From Verrucomicrobia bacterium UBA1731 (GTDB taxonomy: Bacteria; Verrucomicrobiota; Kiritimatiellia; RFP12; UBA1067), in the NCBI GenBank assembly GCA_002317575.1, contig DCIH01000081.1, positions 1-32,313 of the forward strand: a stretch of 32,313 nucleotides of DNA, written 5' to 3'. Below are positions 1 to 9,716 of this stretch, in pieces. The notes beneath the pieces were generated by a model. The model did not search any database. It was not told the DNA's origin and was given only the letters and a program-made list of their open reading frames with translations. The position numbers were made by a program, and so were the translations under genes. Each line of letters opens with the position of its first letter. Position 1 is the stretch's first letter.

Positions 1-76
1 TAGATTGGGGCTTGGAGCGCGTAAGGTTTTGGGCAGATGGATTTCGGAACGCGCCCCATGCCCTCTTGCGGGAGAG

Positions 77-379
77 ATGACGAGGAATGACATGAAACGA
101 ATCTTGAACAAATCGCGATGGCTTGCGTTGGCGGTTTTGCTGCTGGCTGGCGGGTGCGTCACGGGACCGTTTCGGTCGCGCTTGATTGGACCAGGAGAAA
201 GCGCCACTGTCGAATGGACGGAGGGCAATCCCGCGTGGCTGGTTCCCTTCACGGGCATGTGGGGTGTTGTCGCCGACGTGACGGTTTTTGCTTGCGATAC
301 GGCGCTGAAGACGCTTTTGGTCTTCACGATCGGTCCATTTCAGGTGAAAGACCCTTTTCCGTTCCTCATGCACCATTGA
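77..379 (+). CDS. small exported protein, probable lipoprotein (100 aa; alternative start ATG 92 gives 95 aa)
   Basis: The ORF track frame 5..379 opens with TTG, and in-frame ATGs lie at 77 and 92. The N-terminus MKRILNKSRWLALAVLLLAGGC has a basic n-region, a hydrophobic core and a Cys, giving a loose lipobox (AGGC). An AGGAA lies 4 nt upstream of ATG 92. Codons are G/C-ending. Confidence 0.55.
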   Translation: MTRNDMKRILNKSRWLALAVLLLAGGCVTGPFRSRLIGPGESATVEWTEGNPAWLVPFTGMWGVVADVTVFACDTALKTLLVFTIGPFQVKDPFPFLMHH

Positions 380-396
380 TTGTTGGAGCCGGCAAG

Positions 397-1422
397 ATGA
401 TCATTACGGACATAATGGCGGGCACTTATTTTCTTGTCGTGACGTATCCCTATTTGCTGCTTTGCTCCTTCTCGCAACAAGCGCGATACGATCATTTGTT
501 TGGCGATGCGGCGGCCGAGGAAAATTGGATCGGGGCCATGCGGCGCGAAAAAGCGTACAAAAAGATTCTGGCGGAATATTCCGCGTCCATTCCCGTTTTT
601 ACCGACATCCGCACGGTTGAGGCCTGCGATCAAGCGCTTGCGGTTCTGCGTGTGTCGCCCGATGAGGACGCCGTGATGCGGGAAGAACGAGAACGTTATC
701 GCGTTGACATGATAGGGCGCATCGAGGCCAAAAGACGGGTTCTGGTTGAAAGGTCGGCGAAAAGACAGGTCGCGGCAGATGCCGTCCCGTTTTCGACGCC
801 GGGGGACAAAGCCAGATTCGGTTGGATGGCGCCTGGTGATGGTGCGCATTGCGTGATGAAGGTTCCCAAGTTGACCAATGCGCACGCCGTTGTCACCAAC
901 ATTCTTGAATACGATTTCATGCAGGGTGAATTTCTGCCGCCGCATGGACGGGGCAAAGTCGCGGACGCCGCATTTCTGTTCGTCCGAAACGGAATGTATG
1001 GAACCAATGCGCAAACGACGTGTGATTGCCGAATGGTGCGTTTTGCGGGCGAAGAAAATGGCGTTGCGCCGATTCCCGTTGAAAATCCCAAGAGGCCGTT
1101 CCATCCGTATGAGTTGCTGGCGCGGGATTGGGGCCTCGAAAGCGATCTCAAATGGACGAAGGATGTGCGGAGTTCCGTTCCTTGCACGGTTCGATTGAAC
1201 CAAGGGAAGGGGTATCAGTTTCGCATTCGCACGCGTCGGGACGACAACGGCAACATCCACGAATGCTATTACGGCGTGGTCTGGTGCGGATTTGAGATGA
1301 CGACCCGCCAGCGCCGAGACGGTGACGTCGAGGAGTGCGGCGTCGATTTCAACTACATGCTCAAGCTGAGGCCGGCGGACCGGAACTTGGGTGCCGCGTA
1401 CATGTCACGAATGGCGAAGTAG
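397..1422 (+). CDS. hypothetical protein with N-terminal hydrophobic segment (341 aa)
   Basis: ATG 397 is in frame with ORF 118..1422. It is preceded by GGAG (384-387) at about 9 nt and lies 18 nt after the upstream stop. The upstream 93 codons overlap the previous gene and are Arg/Gly-rich, so they look like an artefactual extension. The N-terminus MIITDIMAGTYFLVVTYPYLLLC is hydrophobic. I recognise no family motif. Confidence 0.6.
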   Translation: MIITDIMAGTYFLVVTYPYLLLCSFSQQARYDHLFGDAAAEENWIGAMRREKAYKKILAEYSASIPVFTDIRTVEACDQALAVLRVSPDEDAVMREERERYRVDMIGRIEAKRRVLVERSAKRQVAADAVPFSTPGDKARFGWMAPGDGAHCVMKVPKLTNAHAVVTNILEYDFMQGEFLPPHGRGKVADAAFLFVRNGMYGTNAQTTCDCRMVRFAGEENGVAPIPVENPKRPFHPYELLARDWGLESDLKWTKDVRSSVPCTVRLNQGKGYQFRIRTRRDDNGNIHECYYGVVWCGFEMTTRQRRDGDVEECGVDFNYMLKLRPADRNLGAAYMSRMAK

Positions 1423-1519
1423 ATGTCGGGAGATGGCGGATCCCCGTTGTCCGCCAGACGCGTTGTTTTGTGCATACTTGTGTGCAAGTTCTTCAAGTGG
1501 AGATGCGTCAGGACAAATG

Positions 1520-1528
1520 TGGTATAAT
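1520..1528 (+). promoter_or_regulatory. extended -10 element TGgTATAAT placed for a leaderless transcript of the esterase gene
   Basis: tggtataat is at 1520-1528 and ATG 1536 starts 7 nt after the last T of the hexamer. There is no Shine-Dalgarno sequence and no convincing -35. The FAD oxidoreductase gene shows the same geometry (10235-10243 with ATG 10250). Confidence 0.3.
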
Positions 1529-1535
1529 GGGTAGC

Positions 1536-2933
1536 ATGAATACGAACAAATTCTCCGCTTTGGCCGTCGCTGTTTTTGCGACGGGGGTCTCGTTCGCAGG
1601 CATCTTCGACGACGTCGTCTTCCGCGCCGCCACCAACAAGGCGGATCCCACCGCCTACAAGGCGAACGAGCCGATCACGCTCGCGTTCACGCTCGCCAAC
1701 GCGCCGAAGGAGGTCTATTCGGGCGACTATTCGATCTCCTGGGTGCGCAAGGGCGACGACGGCAAGGAAGAAAAGGGCCTCATTCCGCTCGATGGCAAAA
1801 TGCCGATGACGCTGACGACGAAGCTCGACCGTCCCGGCAATGTGCTTGTCACCGCGTATGTGGTGGACAAGACGGGCGCGCATGTGAAGCGCGACAAGCC
1901 CGCGCCGAACGCGTGCTCGTGGGAAGGCGGCGCGAAGGAAGTCGAATTCATCGGCGGCGCGCTGGTGGAACCCGAAAAGCTCGACCAGGCACATCCCGAG
2001 CCCGAGGATTTCGACGCGTTCTGGGCGCGGCAGAAGGCGCGCCTGGCGGCGGTGCCAATGATCGTCGAGCGCGTGGAGGTGAAGCCCGGCAAGATCTGCC
2101 GCAACTGGAAGGTGAAGATTGCCTGCGCGGGGCCGCGTCCGGTGACGGGCTACCTCAGCATCCCGAAGAACGCGAAGCCGAAATCGCTCAAGGCCGTGTG
2201 CCAGTTCCACGGCTACGGCACGGGCATCCAGCAGGCGCCCGAGGACGGCTGGGAAGGGGTGATTTCCTTCAGCGTCAACGCGCACGGCTACGACTTCGAC
2301 CAGGACAAGGCGTACTACGACAACTTCCTCGACGGCATCCATCCGCCGAGCACGTCCTACGGTTTCTCCACCTGGCAGAACGAATATCCCGAGGGGTGCT
2401 ACTTCAACGGCATGGCGCTCCGTCTGCTGCGCGCGTACGACTTCGTGCGGACGCTGCCCGAATGGGACGGCAAGACGCTCGAAGCGCGCGGCGGCAGCCA
2501 GGGTGGGCTGCAGTCCATGTGGGCGGCGGGCCTCGTGGACGGGCTCACCAAGGCGTATCCCGTGGTGCCGTGGTGCTGCGACCTCGGGCCAGACGCGGTG
2601 AAGGACCGCATGGCGCCGGGCTGGCGCATTCACTGGACGAAGGGCATCTCGTACTACGACCCCGTCAACTTCGCGAAGCGCGCGAAGTGCTTCGTGGCGA
2701 TCGAGCGCGCGGGGCTGGGCGACACGTGCTGCCTGCCGTCGAGCATCGCGATCCTCTACAACAAGCTTGCGGCCGACCGCCGGTCGATCGTGTGGGTGCA
2801 GGGTTCCAAGCATGGCTATGTGCCACCGATGCCCAACCAGAGCGTCGAGTTGCCTTCCGGCAAAACGGTGGCGGCGTTCCGCGGCGAGAACGTGTTCGTG
2901 GGCAGCCAGCTGCCCACGGATCCTGCCAAGTGA
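1536..2933 (+). CDS. secreted acetyl xylan esterase / cephalosporin-C deacetylase-like alpha/beta hydrolase (CE7/AXE1-like, 465 aa; alternative start ATG 1527)
   Basis: The signal peptide is MNTNKFSALAVAVFATGVSFAG. The nucleophile elbow GGSQGG (in ARGGSQGGLQSMW) matches the CE7 G-x-S-Q-G-G signature. An upstream FHGYG motif and a C-terminal SKHGY motif (candidate catalytic His) are present. About 150 aa at the N-terminus form an extra beta-rich region. The ORF-track start at 1335 is an extension upstream of the putative promoter. Confidence 0.72.
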   Translation: MNTNKFSALAVAVFATGVSFAGIFDDVVFRAATNKADPTAYKANEPITLAFTLANAPKEVYSGDYSISWVRKGDDGKEEKGLIPLDGKMPMTLTTKLDRPGNVLVTAYVVDKTGAHVKRDKPAPNACSWEGGAKEVEFIGGALVEPEKLDQAHPEPEDFDAFWARQKARLAAVPMIVERVEVKPGKICRNWKVKIACAGPRPVTGYLSIPKNAKPKSLKAVCQFHGYGTGIQQAPEDGWEGVISFSVNAHGYDFDQDKAYYDNFLDGIHPPSTSYGFSTWQNEYPEGCYFNGMALRLLRAYDFVRTLPEWDGKTLEARGGSQGGLQSMWAAGLVDGLTKAYPVVPWCCDLGPDAVKDRMAPGWRIHWTKGISYYDPVNFAKRAKCFVAIERAGLGDTCCLPSSIAILYNKLAADRRSIVWVQGSKHGYVPPMPNQSVELPSGKTVAAFRGENVFVGSQLPTDPAK

Positions 2934-3014
2934 CGCGCGGGTCCGCCTGGTTGAATTATCCCCCATAACCTCTTCACTATTACCTATTACTTGTTCCCTA
3001 CCCAATGGTGGGGG

Positions 3015-3043
3015 TTGGGATATCGTGGGTTTTTTGATATATT
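3015..3043 (+). promoter_or_regulatory. sigma70-like promoter candidate: -35 TTGGGA, 17-nt spacer, extended -10 TGaTATATT
   Basis: ttggga is at 3015-3020 and tgatatatt at 3035-3043, inside the AT-rich spacer 2934-3083. It lies about 40 nt upstream of ATG 3084, which has the SD-like AAAGGAAAC at 3072-3080. Confidence 0.35.
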
Positions 3044-3083
3044 TTCCAGTGCTTTTGGGTTTCAACGAAACAAAGGAAACACG

Positions 3084-5570
3084 ATGAAGAAAATGTTGCT
3101 CGCGTCGCTTGCGCTTTGCGCGGCGGCGATGTGTCTGGCGGCGCCGCAGAAGGCGCCGCCGATTCCGGCCCCCGTCGACACGCCCAATGAACAGGCGGTC
3201 GCGTTCTGGGTCAAGTTCGACCGGCTGCCTTCCGCAGGCGAACCCACGGGTCTCGTCAGCTGCAAGGCGGACAAGGACGGCAAGCTCCAGGTGGCCTTCA
3301 AGGCGCTGCCCACCGAAATCGTCGGCGACCTCGAGATGGCGTCGCGCGACGCGGTGAAGGCCGGCGAATGGCACCATGTGGAAGTGAACTTCTCGCTCAT
3401 GCAGCAGCGCGCCACATTCTATCTGGACGGCAAGTTCCAGTGGGAGAACGACAATCTCAATGTGCCGCGCCTCGTGCGCCGGACGCGCCGCGGGCCGTCG
3501 ATCGACTTCACGGGAGCGGTGGAGGACATCATGAGCTGGACCTACGCCGCGGATTCCGAGCGCATGGCCGTCGCGTGCCGTTGTCTCCTCAAGCGCGCGG
3601 TCGCGGAAACGGCCGCCGCCGCGGCGGCGGTGAAGGCCGCGAAGCCGAACGCGGTCGGACTCGTCGCGTGGGCCGACGCGCTCGCGAAGAAGGCCGCCGA
3701 GTACCAGGCGCTCGTTCCCGAGGGGACGCGCTCGCGCGTGTCCGTGAAAGACGTGAAGAGCCTGATGCGCGACGCCGCCCACGCCCGCAAGATCGCCGAG
3801 ACGGCGGTCGAGACGAAGGGCGTCTTCGCCGGCGCGGCCACCATCGCGGTGCCGCCGTTCTCGCAGGATCCGATCTGCCCCTACGACTTCCCGAAGTACG
3901 GCACGGTGGCGGACGAGCAGCGCCTCGTGGCGTGTCCCGGCGAAATCGAGGCCGCGTCCTTCGTGATGATGGCGTTCAAGCCGCTCAAGGTCACGGGCAT
4001 CCGCTGCGACGGTTTCCGCGGCAAGGCGGGCACGATCCCAGGCTCGGCCGTGGACCTCAAGCTCGTCAAGCGCTGGTACCGTTCCGGCAGCGCGTGGATC
4101 GCCTACCACAACGACCGCCGTCTGCGCGTGCTCGTTCCGGACCTTCTCGTCAACGACGATTCGCTCGTGTACGTGGACGAAGAGCAGACGCGCAACTACC
4201 TGCGTCTCGACTATCCCGACGGCGCGATCTACTCCGACGCATCCGACGTGGGCAAGAACCACTTCGGCTGGGACCAGAACGTGCCGTTCAAGGACGCGGA
4301 GACGATCCAGCCGTTCGCGCTCAAGGACGCGGGCCGCAACCAGCAGCTCCTCGCCACGGTGAAGGTGCCGAAGGACGCGAAGCCGGGCGTGTACGACGGC
4401 AGCGTGACACTCAACACCGACGCGGGCGCGGTCGTCTTCAAGATCGCGCTCAAGGTGCTGGACGTGGAACTGCCCGTGCAGCCCGCGCCGTACGGCGACA
4501 CGACGCGCAGCTACATCACGCACATGAACAGCTTCCCGAGCATCGAAGGCCACACGCACCAGGAGCGCGTGGACTACGCGCGCAAGATGCTGCAGAACGT
4601 GCACGACCACAACATGAACCACACGACGGGCGTGTTCACGTCGCCGTCGCTCGCGAAGCTGGCGCTCGAGATCGGCTTCGTGCCGGACCGCGTGTTCACG
4701 GTGGACCACCCGAAATGGTGGACGGAGTTCTATCCCGGCGTGCCGGGCGCCGAACTCACGGCGGCGGAACGTGAAGCGGGCATCAAGGCGTCCGTCGCGA
4801 CGTGGAAGCAGAAGAACGCCGGCTGGCAGAAGTACCTGCCCGCGTGGGCGGAGGGCTGGACGATCGGCTTCTCCGAAGCGTGCGACTACGGTTCGCTGTG
4901 CAGCCGCCAGGGCGAAATGTCCGACGCGTGCCGCGAGGCGGGCATCAAGACGTTCGCGCACGGCATGGGCCACTGGAACAGCCAGTGGGCCGGCGACATC
5001 CAGGACATGAACTCGTCCACGCTCATCGATCGCGGCGAGGCGAGCCGTTGGCACGCCGCGGGCGGCGAGTACATCAACTACGCCGACCCGTTCCCGGGCG
5101 CGGAAAGCCCGTACTGGTACCGCCGGAAGATGGGCCTCTACATGTACAAGATGGGACTCGACGGCCACATGCTCCACGGCTTCCGCCAGGGCCGCACGCC
5201 CTGGTGCGAATGGGGCGAGGACTGGGGCGGCGACGGCAACTACCGCAACTTCTGCATGTCCTATCCGATGCAGGGCGGCTCGATCTTCTGTCTGCGCTGG
5301 GACGGCGTGCGCGAGGGCTACGACGACCTCCGCTACCTGACGCGTCTGACGCAGCTCGCGCAGGCGAACCTCGCGGCGAAGAACGTGGACCTCCGCCGCG
5401 AAGCGAAGCGCGCGATGCTCTGGATCGAAGCGCTGGACGGTCTGCTGGCCGACCTGGACGCGACCAAGACCGGCGCGGCCGCGCGCATCCTCATCCTGCA
5501 GGACGCGATCAAGAAGCACGGCGGTGTGATGCCGCCCGCCAATCCCGACTACGCCCAGGCGGCCAAGTAA
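3084..5570 (+). CDS. secreted protein with an N-terminal LamG/concanavalin-A-like domain and a large C-terminal domain of unassigned, possibly glycan-processing, function (828 aa)
   Basis: ATG 3084 follows AAAGGAAAC. The signal peptide is MKKMLLASLALCAAAMCLAAP. The N-terminal stretch FWVKFDRLPS...GEWHHVEVNFS...ATFYLDGKF is typical of LamG-like jelly rolls. An Ala-rich linker is followed by about 600 aa whose family I cannot assign by eye (DUF4091/GH123-like is only a guess). Confidence 0.8.
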   Translation: MKKMLLASLALCAAAMCLAAPQKAPPIPAPVDTPNEQAVAFWVKFDRLPSAGEPTGLVSCKADKDGKLQVAFKALPTEIVGDLEMASRDAVKAGEWHHVEVNFSLMQQRATFYLDGKFQWENDNLNVPRLVRRTRRGPSIDFTGAVEDIMSWTYAADSERMAVACRCLLKRAVAETAAAAAAVKAAKPNAVGLVAWADALAKKAAEYQALVPEGTRSRVSVKDVKSLMRDAAHARKIAETAVETKGVFAGAATIAVPPFSQDPICPYDFPKYGTVADEQRLVACPGEIEAASFVMMAFKPLKVTGIRCDGFRGKAGTIPGSAVDLKLVKRWYRSGSAWIAYHNDRRLRVLVPDLLVNDDSLVYVDEEQTRNYLRLDYPDGAIYSDASDVGKNHFGWDQNVPFKDAETIQPFALKDAGRNQQLLATVKVPKDAKPGVYDGSVTLNTDAGAVVFKIALKVLDVELPVQPAPYGDTTRSYITHMNSFPSIEGHTHQERVDYARKMLQNVHDHNMNHTTGVFTSPSLAKLALEIGFVPDRVFTVDHPKWWTEFYPGVPGAELTAAEREAGIKASVATWKQKNAGWQKYLPAWAEGWTIGFSEACDYGSLCSRQGEMSDACREAGIKTFAHGMGHWNSQWAGDIQDMNSSTLIDRGEASRWHAAGGEYINYADPFPGAESPYWYRRKMGLYMYKMGLDGHMLHGFRQGRTPWCEWGEDWGGDGNYRNFCMSYPMQGGSIFCLRWDGVREGYDDLRYLTRLTQLAQANLAAKNVDLRREAKRAMLWIEALDGLLADLDATKTGAAARILILQDAIKKHGGVMPPANPDYAQAAK

Positions 5571-5588
5571 GGCGAAAGGAACGACACG

Positions 5589-6674
5589 ATGAAAAAAGCA
5601 CTTGTTTCCGGAATCGCCTTCGCGTGCGCGCTCGGCCTTCATGCCGAAGCCGACGCCGGCAAGAACTTCTACGACGTGAAGTTCGGCCCCGTGCCGAACA
5701 ACTACGCCACGATGCTCCGCGACTGCGCGGATGATTGGAGCTACAACTTCCGTCCGTACGGCGCGTCCTCCGAATGGCTGTGGTCCGACTCGAACGTCCG
5801 CCGCGCGGCCAGCGCCGACGAGAAGCTGGACGACCGCAACGTGACGGGACTGCGCGTGTCGTGCGACGAGGACGGCCTCGATGTGCTCGTGTACTGCAAC
5901 GAGCCGACGCTCGCGACCTACATCGCGCAGACGAACGCGTTCCCCTCGCAGCGCATCGAGTTCTTCGTGGCGCCCGGCGACGCGGACGAACCGTGCGTGC
6001 AGCAGCGCTACATGGCGTTCTACGGCGACGGCAACTGCCGCGAGTACGAAAACCGCGAACCGGATCGCGACTTCCGTCTGGCGAAGCCGCAGGTGACCGA
6101 GACCGCGCTCAAGAACGCGGTGGTGGTGCGGATCCACTGGGACTGGGCGAACTTCTGGATGCGTCTGCCGTTCCTGAGCGACCGCGCGGAGGCCATCTGG
6201 CGCCTCTCGATCATCCGCTGGGTCGGTCCCGGCGTGACCTGGGGCGGCACGGTGCACCAGAACTCGCAGGCGGGCTACATCCGCTTCCCGCAGTTCGCGC
6301 CCGAGCAGCGCGCGGCGATCCTGAAGCGGACGCTCGAGAAGGGCTGGCGCGAATTCTGCGCGTACACGGACGACAACCGCACGTCGGTCGGCAAGATCTG
6401 GATCGGCCGCGAAAAGTGGCGCCAGGAGCGCAACGCCGCGGATCCGCGCAGCTACGTGAACATGCCGGAAGACCCGGACTTCCGCGCGACGTACCAGGCG
6501 ATGATCGCCGAGCGCAAGGGGCTTGCCGCCGGCATCGCGAAATTCGAAAGCATGCCGCGCGCCGAGCAGGATGCGTTCTTCCTGAAGGCGGCGGACGCGC
6601 TCTTCAACTTCCCGTGGGCGGCGCAGGAAGCGTACGGGAAATACCAGGAAAAGAAACTTTTTGAGGCGAAGTGA
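5589..6674 (+). CDS. secreted hypothetical protein (361 aa)
   Basis: ATG 5589 lies 18 nt after the upstream stop and follows AAAGGAAC. The signal peptide is MKKALVSGIAFACALGLHAEA. Codons are G/C-ending. No diagnostic motif; a CBM9/DOMON-like fold is a guess only. Confidence 0.75.
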   Translation: MKKALVSGIAFACALGLHAEADAGKNFYDVKFGPVPNNYATMLRDCADDWSYNFRPYGASSEWLWSDSNVRRAASADEKLDDRNVTGLRVSCDEDGLDVLVYCNEPTLATYIAQTNAFPSQRIEFFVAPGDADEPCVQQRYMAFYGDGNCREYENREPDRDFRLAKPQVTETALKNAVVVRIHWDWANFWMRLPFLSDRAEAIWRLSIIRWVGPGVTWGGTVHQNSQAGYIRFPQFAPEQRAAILKRTLEKGWREFCAYTDDNRTSVGKIWIGREKWRQERNAADPRSYVNMPEDPDFRATYQAMIAERKGLAAGIAKFESMPRAEQDAFFLKAADALFNFPWAAQEAYGKYQEKKLFEAK

Positions 6675-6685
6675 GGATCATCAAC

Positions 6686-7981
6686 ATGAAAACGAAAATG
6701 TTGACCATTGTGGCGCTGGCGGCGGTTGCGGCCGTGGCCGCGCCCGACAAGGACGCGCAGAAGAAGGAGCAGGAACTGAAGCGGTTGACGCAGCAGAACA
6801 ACCAGAAGGTCCAGCAGCTGCAGCGCGCCGTTTCCGGCACGTTCAACGAAACGCGCAAGCCGAAGGACTTCGTGGCGATCGCCTCGAACGTGAACGAGAT
6901 CGTGAAGCTCGCCTCGCTCAAGGAAGGCGCCGCGAACTGCACGACGCCCGCCAAGGCGAAGCTCCTCCTGGCGCAGGCGTACGCCAAGCCGGTGAACCTC
7001 CGCTATCTGGAGCAGGCCAAGAAGCTGTACGCGGAGGCGCTCGCCGCCGCCGCGGAAGACGACAAGGCGAAGATACAATCCGAACTGGACGCGTATCTCG
7101 TTTCCGCCGGACAGAAGGAGGCGCCCGAGGCGTCCGCCGCGGAACCGAAGCCGCCGGCGACGGATCCGAAGGCGCTCCGCGCGTGGTACGAGCGCCGCAC
7201 GGGCCAGCGTTACTGGTGGGAACACTCGCGCGGCGTCGACGTCCTCGCGCCCGAGGAAGGGCTCGATTTCAAGCTCAAGGCGTGCGACGAGGCGATGGCC
7301 GCGTTCACGGATCCGGGCGTGCGCGCGTGGTTCCGCGACCGCAAGGCGTCCATCCTCTTGTCCATGTGCAAGTGGCGCGAGGTCGAGGCGATCTACCTGG
7401 AGGAGCTCGCCGGGATCAAGGATCCGCTGAGCCGCGCCCGCTGCAACATGTACGACAAGCTCGCCAAGCTCTACGTCGCGCGCGCCGCGCGCTACTACGA
7501 GATGCCCAACCGCGAACTGACGATGAAGGCCGTGTGGTACTGGGAAGAGGCCGTGCGCGTCGAGCCGAAGAACACGGGCTGGATGCGTCCGATCGTGGAG
7601 CGCGCGTTCATGCTGGACGACTGGGAACTCGCGAAGACGTGGCTGGACAAGATGGTTGCGGCGCGCGACGGCAAGCCGGACGAATTCATCGCGGCCTGCT
7701 ACGGCGACGTCGCGTACCACGCCGGCGACTATGCGAAGGCGGTGGAATGGTACGAGACGTTCAAGAATCTCCCTGAGACGCCGCAGCGCGTGCGCATTCC
7801 GAACGTGCACCAGCGCCACACGGGGGCCTTGTTCGCGCTCGGTCGCTACGAGGACTGCCTCAAGTCGCTCGAAAAGTGCCCGAACTTCTGGAGCTTCAAG
7901 GACACGAACGCGTACTACAAGCGCATTCTGAAGGCAAAGATCGAAGCGCAGAAGAAGACCGCCGAAACGGCGGCGAAGTGA
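6686..7981 (+). CDS. secreted helical-repeat (TPR-like) protein (431 aa)
   Basis: ATG 6686 lies 7 nt after GAGGAT (6673-6678); the ORF-track GTG at 6671 overlaps the upstream stop. The signal peptide is MKTKMLTIVALAAVAAVAAP. A Lys/Glu/Ala-rich helical N-terminus is followed by TPR-like stretches such as GDVAYHAGDYAKAVEWYETF and LFALGRYEDCLKSLEK. Confidence 0.75.
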   Translation: MKTKMLTIVALAAVAAVAAPDKDAQKKEQELKRLTQQNNQKVQQLQRAVSGTFNETRKPKDFVAIASNVNEIVKLASLKEGAANCTTPAKAKLLLAQAYAKPVNLRYLEQAKKLYAEALAAAAEDDKAKIQSELDAYLVSAGQKEAPEASAAEPKPPATDPKALRAWYERRTGQRYWWEHSRGVDVLAPEEGLDFKLKACDEAMAAFTDPGVRAWFRDRKASILLSMCKWREVEAIYLEELAGIKDPLSRARCNMYDKLAKLYVARAARYYEMPNRELTMKAVWYWEEAVRVEPKNTGWMRPIVERAFMLDDWELAKTWLDKMVAARDGKPDEFIAACYGDVAYHAGDYAKAVEWYETFKNLPETPQRVRIPNVHQRHTGALFALGRYEDCLKSLEKCPNFWSFKDTNAYYKRILKAKIEAQKKTAETAAK

Positions 7982-8006
7982 TTCGGACCGGAAATTTGGA
8001 GGCGAC

Positions 8007-9353
8007 ATGAAGAAGGTCACATGGTTGGCGGCGGCGCTTTGCGCGGCCGCGGCGGCGAACGCGGAGGAAACGCTTTGGACGAAGTACCAGCATTGGGAAG
8101 TGATGCCGGTGCTGACGGAAGACCCCGAGGCGGGCAACAACGTGCGCCAGCAGATGGATTTCACCAAGCCGTGGCACGGTCCGTGGCTCATCAATCCTTC
8201 TACCACCGGCATGACCGTGGGCATGATCACGCGCATCCGCGTGGGCGCCGCGATCGAATGGCGCGAGAAGGGCACGGAAAACTGGACGCGCCGCTGGAAC
8301 GCGACGTGCGGCACGATCGACTATTCCGAGGATGTGCACCTGTTCCATCTCCAGGGCCTCAAGCCCGGCACCACCTACGAGTACCGTTTCGTCACCGCAA
8401 TGAGCGGACTCGAAACGGCGTACACCGGCATCGTGGTCGGGCGCGAGATGTACACGTTCACCACGATGGATCCGAAGCGCGAGAAGTACCGCGTGTGGGC
8501 CACGGCCGACTTCCACGGCGGCGCGCGCCTCAATCTCGATCCCATGTACGAGCGCACGGAGGCGTCCACGGCCGATTTCTATCTGCTCTTGGGCGACAAC
8601 GTCGAGGACCGCTTCGCGAGCGACGCGATGTTCTACATCACCTACGGGTACATGGACGACGTCTGCCGTCTCTGGGGCAAGGCGAAGCCGACGGTGTTCG
8701 TGCGCGGCAACCACGACGCCTCGGGCCAGCACATCGGCCAGTGGGGACGCTTCCAGGGGCATCCTTCGGGCCACAACTACTTCTCGTTCACGCAGGGTCC
8801 CGTGCTGTGGGTGGCGCTGGACACGAACCGCGAGTGGCAGAATTCGCCCGCGGGCACGGAGCAGATGAAGGCGTACCAGCAGGAGCAGCTCGACTGGCTG
8901 CGCGCGCTCAAGAAGACGGACGAGTGGAAGCGGGCGAAATACCGCATCGTGTGCAACCACTTCGGCTGGCCGGCCGACATCGGCGAGAGCCCGAATCTCG
9001 GCGCCGACATCGCGAAGGAACTGAACGACGTCACGCCCGAAGGCCGCATCCACCTGTTCCTCGCGGGCCACACGCACGTGTACACGCGCCACGATCCGGG
9101 CGCGGCCGAACTGAAGGCGTTCCCGGCCGGCAAGCCGAACAAGAAGGGCGTTTTGCCGCCGCCGTACGCGAGCAAGGAAGACCTCACGCAGTACAAGTAC
9201 TGCCAGGTGATTGGCCGCCAGTGCGAGACGCTGACGCTCGACGTGTCGCCGGAGAAGATCGTGGTGCGCAGCCGCGACTGGCGCAAGCCCGGCCTCCCGG
9301 ACTACGACAAGTTCGAGCTGTATCCGGACGGCTCCGTCAAGGATCTGAAGTGA
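8007..9353 (+). CDS. secreted calcineurin-like metallophosphoesterase, purple-acid-phosphatase-like (448 aa)
   Basis: The signal peptide is MKKVTWLAAALCAAAAANA and GGAGG lies upstream. The ordered metallophosphoesterase motifs are present: ADFHGG (D-x-H), LLLGDNVEDR (G-D-x-x-D-R), VRGNHD (G-N-H-D), CNHFG and AGHTHVY (G-H-x-H). The N-terminal GTTYEYRF stretch is typical of the Fn3-like PAP N-domain. Confidence 0.85.
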   Translation: MKKVTWLAAALCAAAAANAEETLWTKYQHWEVMPVLTEDPEAGNNVRQQMDFTKPWHGPWLINPSTTGMTVGMITRIRVGAAIEWREKGTENWTRRWNATCGTIDYSEDVHLFHLQGLKPGTTYEYRFVTAMSGLETAYTGIVVGREMYTFTTMDPKREKYRVWATADFHGGARLNLDPMYERTEASTADFYLLLGDNVEDRFASDAMFYITYGYMDDVCRLWGKAKPTVFVRGNHDASGQHIGQWGRFQGHPSGHNYFSFTQGPVLWVALDTNREWQNSPAGTEQMKAYQQEQLDWLRALKKTDEWKRAKYRIVCNHFGWPADIGESPNLGADIAKELNDVTPEGRIHLFLAGHTHVYTRHDPGAAELKAFPAGKPNKKGVLPPPYASKEDLTQYKYCQVIGRQCETLTLDVSPEKIVVRSRDWRKPGLPDYDKFELYPDGSVKDLK

Positions 9354-9374
9354 CAAAACAAAAAAAGGAAAACC

Positions 9375-9716
9375 ATGAAACGCATGTTGTTGTTGGGGAT
9401 GATGGCGTTTGCCGGCTGCACGACGCAGCTCGGCAAATTCACGGTGTACAGTCCCAAGCCGATCGACCTGTCGAAGGGCGAGTACGCGGTGGACAAGACG
9501 CAGAAGGTGAAGGGCGTCGACGGAACGGCCCTGTACCTGCTGTACGGACCGGACATGCCGACGTACGACGGGGCGGTGCGCAAGGCCATGGCGCAGAAGC
9601 CGGGCTGCGTGGGCCTGGCCGACGTCACGCTTTCGCGCAAGGGCTTCTGGCTGCTCTTCGGGTTCTGCGACTTCTACGCCGAGGGCTACCCGATCGTCAA
9701 GAAGGAGGTGAAGTGA
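9375..9716 (+). CDS. small lipoprotein (113 aa), paralog of the next gene
   Basis: AAAGGAAAAC lies upstream. The N-terminus MKRMLLLGMMAFAGC carries the lipobox FAGC. The C-terminal motif is EGYPI. Confidence 0.75.
   Translation: MKRMLLLGMMAFAGCTTQLGKFTVYSPKPIDLSKGEYAVDKTQKVKGVDGTALYLLYGPDMPTYDGAVRKAMAQKPGCVGLADVTLSRKGFWLLFGFCDFYAEGYPIVKKEVK

Noticed and set aside
118-396. N-terminal extensions offered by the ORF track: 118..396, 1335..1535, 2991..3083, 6671..6685 and 13214..13315.
   Set aside because: The extensions overlap upstream genes or lie upstream of promoter-like elements, lack SDs, and encode non-signal Arg-rich or odd sequence. The internal ATGs are followed immediately by canonical signal peptides.
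3084-5570. Calling the 828-aa protein a GH123/DUF4091-type glycoside hydrolase.
   Set aside because: Only the N-terminal LamG-like part is recognisable by eye. I could not locate a convincing catalytic D-E pair or other family signature, so the product is left as an unassigned secreted protein.
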